Of a stretch of DNA of 64,000 nucleotides, positions 57,571 through 64,000 are shown one piece after another. The translations under genes and the position numbers were made by a program. The first letter of the stretch is position 1. Every line of letters begins with the position of its first letter. The DNA lies in NCBI GenBank assembly GCA_016872285.1, contig VGZZ01000002.1, positions 66,314 through 130,313 on the forward strand, in the 5' to 3' direction. The notes below the pieces were generated by a model that saw nothing but the letters and a program-made list of their open reading frames with translations, had not been told where the DNA came from and ran no database searches. Source of the stretch: SAR202 cluster bacterium (GTDB lineage: Bacteria > Chloroflexota > Dehalococcoidia > Lucifugimonadales > GCA-2712585).

Positions 57571-58069
57571 GGCGACCTCGATGTAGCAAGGGTGAGAGGC
57601 AAAGGGCCAGGGGCTGGCGGCTGGCGTAGCAGAGGTCCAGGGCGCCGGTGACGATGGAGTCGAGGCGGTCTTCGGAGGTGAGGGTGTAGTGGGGTATGCC
57701 CAGGAGGTCCAGGATGGGGCGGGTGACGCGGCCCATGGGGACCTGGTTGATGTTGAATTCGCCCAGCTCGCCGCGGACGTTGATGAAGAAGGGGATGGGG
57801 GTGCGGCAGGGGATAGAGAGGCTGCCGATGGCGTTGATGCAGTTGCCGAGGCCGCTGGATTGCATGAAAATGGCGGAGCGGCGGCCCACGGCGTAGGCGC
57901 CGGTGGCGAGGCCGATGGACTCTTCCTCGCGCGTGGCGGGCACGACTTTGAAGAAGGGGTCTTCATCCATCAGCTTGGTGACCTGATAGATGCTGATGTC
58001 CGGCACGTAGGTGATAAAGGATATATCAAACTTTTTCATGCCGGCGATGAGCGTTTCAGCCCAGTTCAT
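57563..58069 (-). CDS. TPP-dependent decarboxylase, alpha subunit (sulfopyruvate/phosphonopyruvate decarboxylase family, ComD-like)
   Basis: 168 aa. The blocks ATREEESIGLATGAY..FMQSSGLGNCINAIGSL..NVRGELGEFN..QVPMG fit the pyrimidine-binding half of split ComDE-type enzymes. Confidence 0.85.
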   Translation of the reverse strand: MNWAETLIAGMKKFDISFITYVPDISIYQVTKLMDEDPFFKVVPATREEESIGLATGAYAVGRRSAIFMQSSGLGNCINAIGSLSIPCRTPIPFFINVRGELGEFNINQVPMGRVTRPILDLLGIPHYTLTSEDRLDSIVTGALDLCYASRQPLALCLSPLLHRGRLA

Positions 58070-58220
58070 AGAAACCCTCGGAGTTTTTGAGTGGGAGCAA
58101 AGATAACAAAGGGGATTGGGGTTGTAAAGGGGAAGGGGCGTATTTGCAAAGCCAGCCTTTCTCTTCTGCGGGATACTATAATTCCTTGCTATATTTGCAA
58201 AACTAACGTTGTCTTTGGTC

Positions 58221-58400
58221 GGGATACCATCCCCTGGCCCCTTTCCCGATACATCGGGACTCAGGAATCGCCTGCTGGAAGGGGAAGATTAAATAAGTCT
58301 CACCTCATCACCCTCCTTCGGCCCGCCAGAGGCGGGCTCAGGACGGCGTCTAACTCCCTCTTCTCCTTGCTCAATAGGAGAAGAGGGAGAACCAGAAGGG
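58221..58400 (+). repeat. Family-A repeat, copy A7 (two nested insertions)
   Basis: GGGATaccATCCCctggCCCCTTTCCcgatacatcgggactcaggaatcgcctgctGGAAGGGGaagattaaataagtctcacctcatcaccctccttcggcCCGCCagaGGCGGgctcaggacggcgtctaaCTCCCTCTTCTCCttgctcaataGGAGAAGAGGGAGaaccagaaggg. Confidence 0.9.
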
Positions 58401-58469
58401 TACACCCCGGTCCACAATTCATCGGGACTCAGTCTTCAGAAATAGCGAACATTGTCTTACAAACTATTC

Positions 58470-58510
58470 TTTAACACAAAAGGAAAGGGAGACCCGTGGG
58501 GATCTCCCTT
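58470..58510 (-). terminator. Rho-independent-type terminator (minus strand)
   Basis: The hairpin AAGGGAGA(CCCgtgGGG)aTCTCCCTT spans 58485-58510. On the minus strand it is followed by TCCTTTTGTGTT. Confidence 0.6.
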
Positions 58511-58523
58511 GAGTGAATACCTA

Positions 58524-58685
58524 TAATCGCGGTCCGGTAAGTCGTGTCCAGGCCGCAATATTTTTGCCAACGCCTGAAAGGCTGCGGAAGGGCGCTAGCA
58601 GGCTTTGAAGACCTGGCTAAGGCTCATGCGACGCCGCGCCTAAGGAATGGAGTGCAGCAGCCAGGTCCCGAGCACCGGGCGATTA
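58524..58685. ncRNA. Candidate structured RNA (four-helix junction), strand undetermined
   Basis: Closing helix 58524-58538 with 58674-58685 (TAATCGC/GCGATTA plus CCGGT/ACCGG). Helix 58548-58576 (CCAGGC..GCAA/TTGC..GCCTG). Helix 58577-58606 (AAAGGCTGC/GCAGGCTTT, one mismatch). Helix 58610-58667 (GACCTGGCT/AGCCAGGTC, 9 bp perfect). All linkers are 9 nt or shorter. Confidence 0.3.
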
Positions 58686-58689
58686 GGGT

Positions 58690-58833
58690 TTAGCGGGCTT
58701 TGCCAATTCGGAACATCTTCGTCCGGCAGTTGGGGCAGATGCCCTGGGTGGCCGGGCGGCCGTTCTTCATGGTGATCTGCCTAGCATTCTGCATCTCCCT
58801 AGAAGTCCGGCACTTAACGCAATAAGCCTTCAT
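58690..58833 (-). CDS. DUF5679 zinc-ribbon protein
   Basis: The 47-aa product is MKAYCVKCRTSREMQNARQITMKNGRPATQGICPNCRTKMFRIGKAR (CxxC..CxxC). The ATG at 58833 is preceded by GGAGGAAGAGG. The longer ORF to 59058 is an upstream shadow. Confidence 0.8.
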   Translation of the reverse strand: MKAYCVKCRTSREMQNARQITMKNGRPATQGICPNCRTKMFRIGKAR

Positions 58834-59325
58834 GGCCTCTTCCTCCTTATTTTTGCTGACTAAAATTTTGCAGATTTTAACCTGCTGGTCAGCAATTTTA
58901 CCCGCCGTTAATGACGTCCCCGGGTCAGGCTTTTTTAGATGTTTTCCATCGGTTAGACCGAGGGGTATCGTCCCTGCTCCCCTAGTCCGCCTGACAGAAA
59001 ACACCAACCTCTTTACTTGAGCCTTCTCCTTAATTCGGCATTTAAGACTGTCAGGCACGATTTGTCAATAGGTTGGAGGGGATTTTTTAGAAAATTCGAG
59101 AAAATTGGCAACATTCAAGGGAAAAGGAGGGCTTTAGAGGCAAATTTTGGGGCCGAGGATGGGGTGAATTGGGATGAGACCCTGGCGTTTGGCTCAAAAA
59201 AGTCAATGCAAACTGAGAATATTTTTAGAATTGTATAAGCAAACGAATTGCGGAAGGCTCTGGTGGAAATCGTAATAGGCTGGGGCGAGCTTTGGGGTGT
59301 GGCGGCGATTCAGAGGAGAACAGAG

Positions 59326-59469
59326 GTGGGGCGTGTCAGCGGGGGGCCAAGGGCGGCTGCAGTCATAGCAGATTCCCTTCGACCAGGCTCAGGACAGGCT
59401 TCGACTACGTCCGAGTATAGACTTCCCCATTCGGCTACGCTCAGGGCTAAAGGCTTACCAGAATGACAT
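59326..59469 (+). repeat. Family-D composite repeat
   Basis: gtggggcgtgtcagcgg..cccttcgaccaggctcaggacaggcttcgactacgtccgag..cattcggctacgctcagggct..ccagaatgacatgg. Confidence 0.65.
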
Positions 59470-59527
59470 GGACAACCCTTACTCACTGACATCGGTGCTT
59501 GATTGGGCGTTATAAGCTAGTCGAAGT

Positions 59528-61123
59528 CTAACGCCGATAGACGATCTCGCCGCCGACGATGGTCATCTCGACGGGGATGTCCTTTATGGCGTGGGCATCG
59601 ACGCGGGCGGGGTCGGCGCCGAGGACCACCAGGTCGCCCAGCTTGCCGATTTGGATGCTGCCTTTGAGTTTTTCCTCGAAGGAGGCGTAAGCGCCGTTAA
59701 TGGTGTAAAGGCGCAGGGCTTCGTCAACGGTGATGCGCTGGCTGGGGCCCCAGGCGCGGCCTGATGAGTCCTGACGCGTGACGCAGCTCTGAATGCCCAT
59801 GAGGGGTGACATGGGGCTGCAAGGGTAGTCGGACGCGCCGGTGGAGTTAACGCCGTAGTCGATAAAAGAACGCTGGGCGAACATCCACTCGAGCCGCTCC
59901 TCGCCATAGAAAGGCATCTTCTCGCCGTGGTAGTAGACGTAGGAGCAGAAGGGGGTGGCGGTGACGCCGGCGGCCTTCATTCGCTGGAGGATTGACGGGT
60001 TGACCACGCTGCAGTGCTCGATGCGATGGCGGGGGTCGGGGCGGGGGAAGGCTTTCTGGGCCTTCTCGTAGGCGGTGAGCACCATATCGATGGCGGCGTC
60101 GCCATTGGAGTGGATGCAGGCCTGGAAGCCAGCTTTGTGCATATCCAGGACGCGCGCTTCAGTCTCCTCGGGTGTCATGTTGCGGATGCCATGGTTGCAG
60201 CAGGAACCGATATACGGCTGGGAGAGGTAGGCGGTGCGGGTGGCGATGGCGCCGTCGGAAACCATCTTGATGCCGCCGATGCGGAGGGTGGTATCGCCGA
60301 GGCCGGTCTTGATGCCGGCGTCTCGCAGGGCGGGGAAGTGGTCTCGAAACATGAGGAGGTAGAGGCGCATTGGGATGCGTTCGTTGGCCCTGGCCTCCTG
60401 GTAGATGCGGAGGTCGCCGTTAGAGACCATGGCGTCGTGGGCGCTGGTGATGCCGTGGCTGGCGAACATCTTCATCATTAAGTCCAGGCCGCGTCGCCGG
60501 TCATCGTCGCCGGGCTCAGGGAGGACGTCGGTCAGGACGCGTTCGATGGCGCGGCCATAGACCTGGCCGTTGAGCTGGCCTGTCGACTCGTCTCGGCCCA
60601 GGCGTCCGCCGGGCGGGTCCTCGGTCTCGTTATGAAAGCCGGCGGCTTCCAGTCCTTTGGAGTTGAAGAAATAGACGTGGCCGGCCTGGTGGGCCACCAT
60701 GAGGGGATGGCCGGTGGTGACGGCGTCGAGGTCCTGGCGGGTGAGGAAGCGCTTTTCGGAGGTCTTGGTGTCATCGAACTTGAAGCCCAGGACCCACTCG
60801 CTGGCGGGGGTCTTGCGGGCGCGGTCTTTCAGGTCTTTCTGGATGGCGCCGATGGAACGGAGGTCTGTATCCACCTGCATGACGTGGCGGGTGCCGCTGC
60901 TGAGGACGTGGCAGTGGGCGTCGATGAAGCCGGGGAGGACGGTCTTGCCCTGGAGGTCGAGGACGCGGGTGTTGGGGCCTTCCAGCTCGTCGGTGTCCTG
61001 GTTCTGGCCGACGGCGACGAACTTGCGGTCTCGGATGGCGAGGGAGCGGGCTTTGGGATGGCGGGGGTCGATGGTGTAAATGGCGGCGTTGCGGATAATG
61101 AGGTCGGCGTAGAGGGCGGGCAT
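59528..61123 (-). CDS. Amidohydrolase_3-type metal-dependent hydrolase (N-substituted formamide deformylase/D-aminoacylase-like)
   Basis: ORF 59528-61321. The ATG at 61123 (MPALYADLIIRNAAIYTID) is preceded by AGGAGG. It has GFIDAHCH, the IHSNGDAA block, and GKLGDLVVLGADP near the C-terminus. Confidence 0.9.
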   Translation of the reverse strand: MPALYADLIIRNAAIYTIDPRHPKARSLAIRDRKFVAVGQNQDTDELEGPNTRVLDLQGKTVLPGFIDAHCHVLSSGTRHVMQVDTDLRSIGAIQKDLKDRARKTPASEWVLGFKFDDTKTSEKRFLTRQDLDAVTTGHPLMVAHQAGHVYFFNSKGLEAAGFHNETEDPPGGRLGRDESTGQLNGQVYGRAIERVLTDVLPEPGDDDRRRGLDLMMKMFASHGITSAHDAMVSNGDLRIYQEARANERIPMRLYLLMFRDHFPALRDAGIKTGLGDTTLRIGGIKMVSDGAIATRTAYLSQPYIGSCCNHGIRNMTPEETEARVLDMHKAGFQACIHSNGDAAIDMVLTAYEKAQKAFPRPDPRHRIEHCSVVNPSILQRMKAAGVTATPFCSYVYYHGEKMPFYGEERLEWMFAQRSFIDYGVNSTGASDYPCSPMSPLMGIQSCVTRQDSSGRAWGPSQRITVDEALRLYTINGAYASFEEKLKGSIQIGKLGDLVVLGADPARVDAHAIKDIPVEMTIVGGEIVYRR

Positions 61124-61193
61124 GGGGGCCTCCTGTCGGGGTCTGTGGCTTGGGGAATGGGAGGGGATGGTGGCATTATAGGGGACAAAGGAA

Positions 61194-61308
61194 GGGCGAG
61201 GCGACCTCGCCCCTACATCGAGAGGTGTGACCAGGATAATAGATGGTGCGTGGCAGCGGTCACGGCGATTAGATCCTTCGTCCGCCTCAGGCGGACTCAG
61301 GATGACAC
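61194..61308 (+). repeat. Family-D composite repeat (GGGCGAGGC..CCTCGCCCCTACAT head)
   Basis: GGGCGAGGCGACCTCGCCCCTACAT..gatggtgcgtggcagcggtcacggcg..tccttcgtCCGCCtcaGGCGGactcaggatgacac. Confidence 0.7.
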
Positions 61309-61323
61309 AAAGGAAAGACACAG

Positions 61324-61815
61324 ATGATAAATAAAGAAGCGCTGCCTTTAGGGTTTAGCTGGATTGCGCCGGGGCTGGTGGGTGGGAGTCGGGGGCCTCG
61401 GTCTGGTAGGGATTTGGCGCTGCTTAGGGGTGCGGGCGTGCAGGCGCTGGTGCGGCTGGAGCCGGGGGCGCTGGCGGCGTCGCTGCATGGGGAGGCGGAG
61501 GCGCTGGGGCTGGACGATTTGCACGAGCCGGTGCAGGACTTTACGCCGCCGTCGTTGGAGCAGTTGGAGCGGATTGTGGACTTTATTGAGGCGAGGCTGA
61601 AGGAAGGGAAGTCGGTGGGGGTGTCTTGCACCTTTGGGTTGGGCCGGACGGGGACGGCGCTGGCCTGCTGGCTGGTGTCGACGGGGCTGGAGGCGGAGGT
61701 GGCGATAAATCGTGTGCGGCGGCTGAGGCCGGGGTCGATTGAGGTGGAGGGGCAGGAGGAGGCGGTGAGGGCGTATGAGGTGTGGCGGAGGGGGAGAATA
61801 GGAAAGGCTGAGTAA
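61324..61815 (+). CDS. Dual-specificity / Cys-based protein phosphatase (CX5R)
   Basis: 163 aa with the active-site loop VSCTFGLGRTGT (C-X5-R). It has typical DSP size. An AAGGAAAG SD lies upstream. Confidence 0.82.
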   Translation: MINKEALPLGFSWIAPGLVGGSRGPRSGRDLALLRGAGVQALVRLEPGALAASLHGEAEALGLDDLHEPVQDFTPPSLEQLERIVDFIEARLKEGKSVGVSCTFGLGRTGTALACWLVSTGLEAEVAINRVRRLRPGSIEVEGQEEAVRAYEVWRRGRIGKAE

Positions 61816-61874
61816 CACTGCCAGTATTGATGCCCGGATTGTGGCGAAGAGGATACCCCCTATCCTTAGTCCTT

Positions 61875-62152
61875 CCATCTCAAGATAATTGGTGCCGGCT
61901 GTCCCAATGCGTTTTAGAGATGGAACAGTGATGGCAAGTGGCAGTGATAAAGTAAAGTATCGAGTCCACAGGGTTTCACCCTCATCTCGCCACGGCGAGT
62001 CTTCGACCTGCGCCTTCCCCTCCCGATTAACATCGGGATTTCGGATGGATATAGGTTAAGGAGCTCAACATCAAGGGAGAAGGAATTTTCTTGGAGGCCG
62101 TCAATCCTTTTGTGTGTATCTAACCTCAATTAACATCAGGCATTCAAGGGGG
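61875..62152 (+). repeat. Family-B repeat, copy B4 (family-C module and other insertions nested)
   Basis: ccatctcaagataatt..gcaagtggcagtgataaagtaaagtatcgagtccaCAGGGTTTCACCCTCATCT..CTGCGCCTTCCCCT[CCCGATtaacATCGGGatttcgg..gttaaggagctcaa]catcaaGGGAGAAGGAATTTtc..aaCCTCAATTAACATcagGCATTCAAGGgggg. Confidence 0.8.
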
Positions 62153-62221
62153 GAGATAAGAGACCCGACGGTCTCCACCTCCTATTTTCTGGAAATGATT
62201 AGGGGGACGCTCAGCAATTCC

Positions 62222-62251
62222 TTGATTTGCTGAATCGCACGTTCCTATAAT
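62222..62251 (+). promoter_or_regulatory. Candidate sigma70-type promoter for the hotdog-hotdog-plsX string
   Basis: TTGATT (62222-62227), an 18-nt spacer, then TATAAT (62246-62251). AAGGGAG lies at 62267-62273 just downstream. Confidence 0.5.
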
Positions 62252-62336
62252 CACTCTACCTTCCTAAAGGGAGACTTATCTGCTGGATTCGGCGCAAGAG
62301 CTAGACCTGGGGCGGTGGACCGTCAGCCGTGAGTTC

Positions 62337-62663
62337 GTGAACGAATATCTGGCGGCGACGGGCGGCAAGGCTTCTTTACATATGAAGGAGGAAGTCGCGC
62401 CGCCACTGGCGATAGCCGCGCAGGTGCTGACTATGTTGCTGGAGAAGATGTCGATGCCACCCGGGGCGGTGCACACGGCCCAGGAGTTAAGCAGCCAGTC
62501 GCCGATAAGGGTGGGGCAGACGGTGACGGGCAGCGCCAAGTGGCCTCGACCGGCGAAGCGCGACCAGTGGCGGTTTATATCGGCGGACTTTGTTATTAAA
62601 GGCGAGGATGGACAACTGTTGCTGCGGGGCCGAACATCGGTGATGGCGCCGGACAGGAGCTAG
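62337..62663 (+). CDS. Hotdog-fold protein (MaoC N-terminal-like / FAS1 DH-region-like); true start probably upstream
   Basis: The GTG ORF is 108 aa. The frame is open back to 62268 and encodes ..LLDSAQELDLGRWTVSREF, which looks like part of the domain. It is paired with the MaoC-like gene 3 nt downstream. Confidence 0.75.
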   Translation: MNEYLAATGGKASLHMKEEVAPPLAIAAQVLTMLLEKMSMPPGAVHTAQELSSQSPIRVGQTVTGSAKWPRPAKRDQWRFISADFVIKGEDGQLLLRGRTSVMAPDRS

Positions 62664-62665
62664 TT

Positions 62666-63094
62666 ATGTCAACAAATCTGAGCACGGCGTCATTGCCGGT
62701 GGTGGAACGGACGATTACTGTCGAGCAGATTCGCAGGTACGCCATCGCGTCCGGGGACCGGAACCCGGTGCACCTGGACGCCGAGTTCGCGGCCCACAGC
62801 TTCTTTGGCCGGGTGGTGGCCCACGGGATGTTGACGCTGGCCTTTGTGGCCGAGATGATGGCTTTGGCGTATGGACGCCACTGGGTGCAAAGCGGCAGCC
62901 TGAAGGTGCGGTTCAAGAAGCCGGCGTATCCCGGCGACACGCTCAAAACCCTGGGTCGGGTAGTAAAGAATGAGATAAAGGATGGCCGCTGCCTGGTGCA
63001 GTGCGAGGTGTCGCTGGTAAACTCGGGCACCGGCGAGGAGATCATCGCAGGAACGGCGTCGGTATCGCTTCCAATAGAGGAGGAGAAGACATGA
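62666..63094 (+). CDS. MaoC-like (R)-hydratase/dehydratase, hotdog fold
   Basis: 142 aa. It has YAIASGDRNPVHLDAEFA and VAHGML blocks. An AGGAG SD lies upstream. Confidence 0.9.
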   Translation: MSTNLSTASLPVVERTITVEQIRRYAIASGDRNPVHLDAEFAAHSFFGRVVAHGMLTLAFVAEMMALAYGRHWVQSGSLKVRFKKPAYPGDTLKTLGRVVKNEIKDGRCLVQCEVSLVNSGTGEEIIAGTASVSLPIEEEKT

Positions 63095-64000
63095 CCAGTC
63101 AACCTACCGCAGGGCCGCGGCCCGTGGCCATCGCAGTCGACGCCATGGGCGGGGACTTTGCGCCTCAAGAGGTGGTGAAGGGAGCCATTGAAGCCTCGAA
63201 GAAGCTGGGGGTGGCGGTGCTGCTGGTGGGCGATCAGGAGCAGGTGGAGACGCAATTGAGAACTATTGACACCGGCGGCGCGATATATAAGGTTGTGCCC
63301 TCCCAGGGGCGCATCGAAGAGGGGGAGCATCCGGCTATTGCGCTTCGCAGGAACCCCAACGTGTCGGTGGCGGTGGCGACAGGGCTGGTGAAGATGGGCA
63401 AGGCGCAGGCGATGGTGAGTATGGGGTCGACGGGCGGGTCTATGGCTGCCGCTACTTTAGGGCTGGGGCTGCTGGGCGGGCTGGAGAGGCCGTGCGTGGG
63501 CGGGCCGATCCTGGGCGCCCTGGCCCCGCACACGGCCATATTGGACCTGGGCAGCAACATAGACTGCCGGCCTCAGCAGATGCTGAGCTTCGCCATGATG
63601 GGGTGCGTGTTCGCTCGAAAGTTCTTTGGCGTAGACAATCCAACGGTGGCGCTGCTGAGCGTGGGGGCGGAGGAGGGAAAGGGGAACAAGCAGGTCAAGG
63701 AGGCGTACCCCCTATTCAAACAGAGCCATCTGAACTTCATCGGCAACGTAGAGGGGAACGACCTGTTCAGCGGCAAGGCCCACGTGGTGGTGTGCGACGG
63801 GTTTGTCGGCAACGTGCTGCTGAAATTCGCCGAAAGCGTGGGCGATGTGCTGGCGGGGTATTTCGCGAAGCGGCTGAGGGGGAAGATGCCGGATAGGGAG
63901 CTGCAGGTGCTGGGCCAGGAGATATGGAGCCTTACCAACCAGTCGAAGAGGAGCAGCGGGCCGCTCTTCGGCGTCAACGGCAACGTCATCGTCGGCCATG
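63091..64000 (+). CDS. plsX: Phosphate acyltransferase PlsX (3' end truncated by the window edge)
   Basis: The ATG at 63091 overlaps the upstream stop (ATGA). The translation MTSQPTAGPRPVAIAVDAMGGDFAPQEVVKGAIEA..VSMGSTGG..VGNVLLK is PlsX-like. The frame is open to 64000, so it is absent from the ORF track. Confidence 0.9.
   Translation, partial: MTSQPTAGPRPVAIAVDAMGGDFAPQEVVKGAIEASKKLGVAVLLVGDQEQVETQLRTIDTGGAIYKVVPSQGRIEEGEHPAIALRRNPNVSVAVATGLVKMGKAQAMVSMGSTGGSMAAATLGLGLLGGLERPCVGGPILGALAPHTAILDLGSNIDCRPQQMLSFAMMGCVFARKFFGVDNPTVALLSVGAEEGKGNKQVKEAYPLFKQSHLNFIGNVEGNDLFSGKAHVVVCDGFVGNVLLKFAESVGDVLAGYFAKRLRGKMPDRELQVLGQEIWSLTNQSKRSSGPLFGVNGNVIVGH

Noticed and set aside
58577-58606. SRP (4.5S) RNA, suggested by the hairpin containing GGAA (AAAGGCTGC-GGAAGGGCGCTA-GCAGGCTTT).
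   Set aside because: The conserved domain IV sequence (..AGGUCCGGAAGGAAGCAGC..) and its loop geometry are not present, and the GGAA is not closed as a tetraloop.
54498-61321. Long N-terminal extensions in the ORF track for 54498-55832, 55657-56877, 56926-57966, 59528-61321, 39008-40222, 29775-31127 and 58690-59058.
   Set aside because: The extensions run through the upstream gene or through repeats in another frame. Internal starts with strong SD sequences give products that begin exactly at the conserved family N-termini.

Overview
High-GC (~60% or more by eye) bacterial chromosomal segment, gene-dense on both strands. I found no rRNA, tRNA, CRISPR array, transposase or integrase. Lipoproteins carry Thr/Pro-rich tethers, and hydrolase, CoA-transferase and LLM oxidoreductase paralogs are abundant. 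That mix suggests Chloroflexota (SAR202/Dehalococcoidia-like), but this is inference only. The content is mostly catabolic or accessory: nine amidohydrolase-2 (ACMSD/LigW-type) paralogs, four other metal-dependent amidohydrolases, an amidase with an AtzG/GatC-like small subunit, two M20 peptidases, a CocE/NonD hydrolase, two HtrA-like proteases, modABC, a TrkH/KtrB-type K+ transporter, an APC permease, three intact MFS transporters plus one frameshifted, an orphan family-5 substrate-binding protein, a type II toxin-antitoxin pair, and a hotdog-hotdog-plsX string truncated at the right edge. Three things deserve most attention. (1) A minus-strand string at 50734-58069 has a split TPP decarboxylase (ComD/ComE-like) followed by five tandem amidohydrolase-2 paralogs, with MFS transporters downstream. 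(2) The intergenic regions hold dense, modular, nested stem-loop repeats (families A-E here). Their stems covary between copies, and all but one copy are co-oriented regardless of gene direction. One copy carries a 35-nt poly-G tract, and one module appears inside a CDS. (3) Several small oddities: a low-GC single-gene cassette flanked by 9-bp direct repeats, a tidy four-helix candidate RNA next to a DUF5679 zinc-ribbon gene, a PIN-like toxin gene with no canonical start codon, and an MFS gene with two separate 1-nt frameshifts. I cannot show that any of these is a truly novel system. All functional calls come from motif recognition by eye, not from searches.
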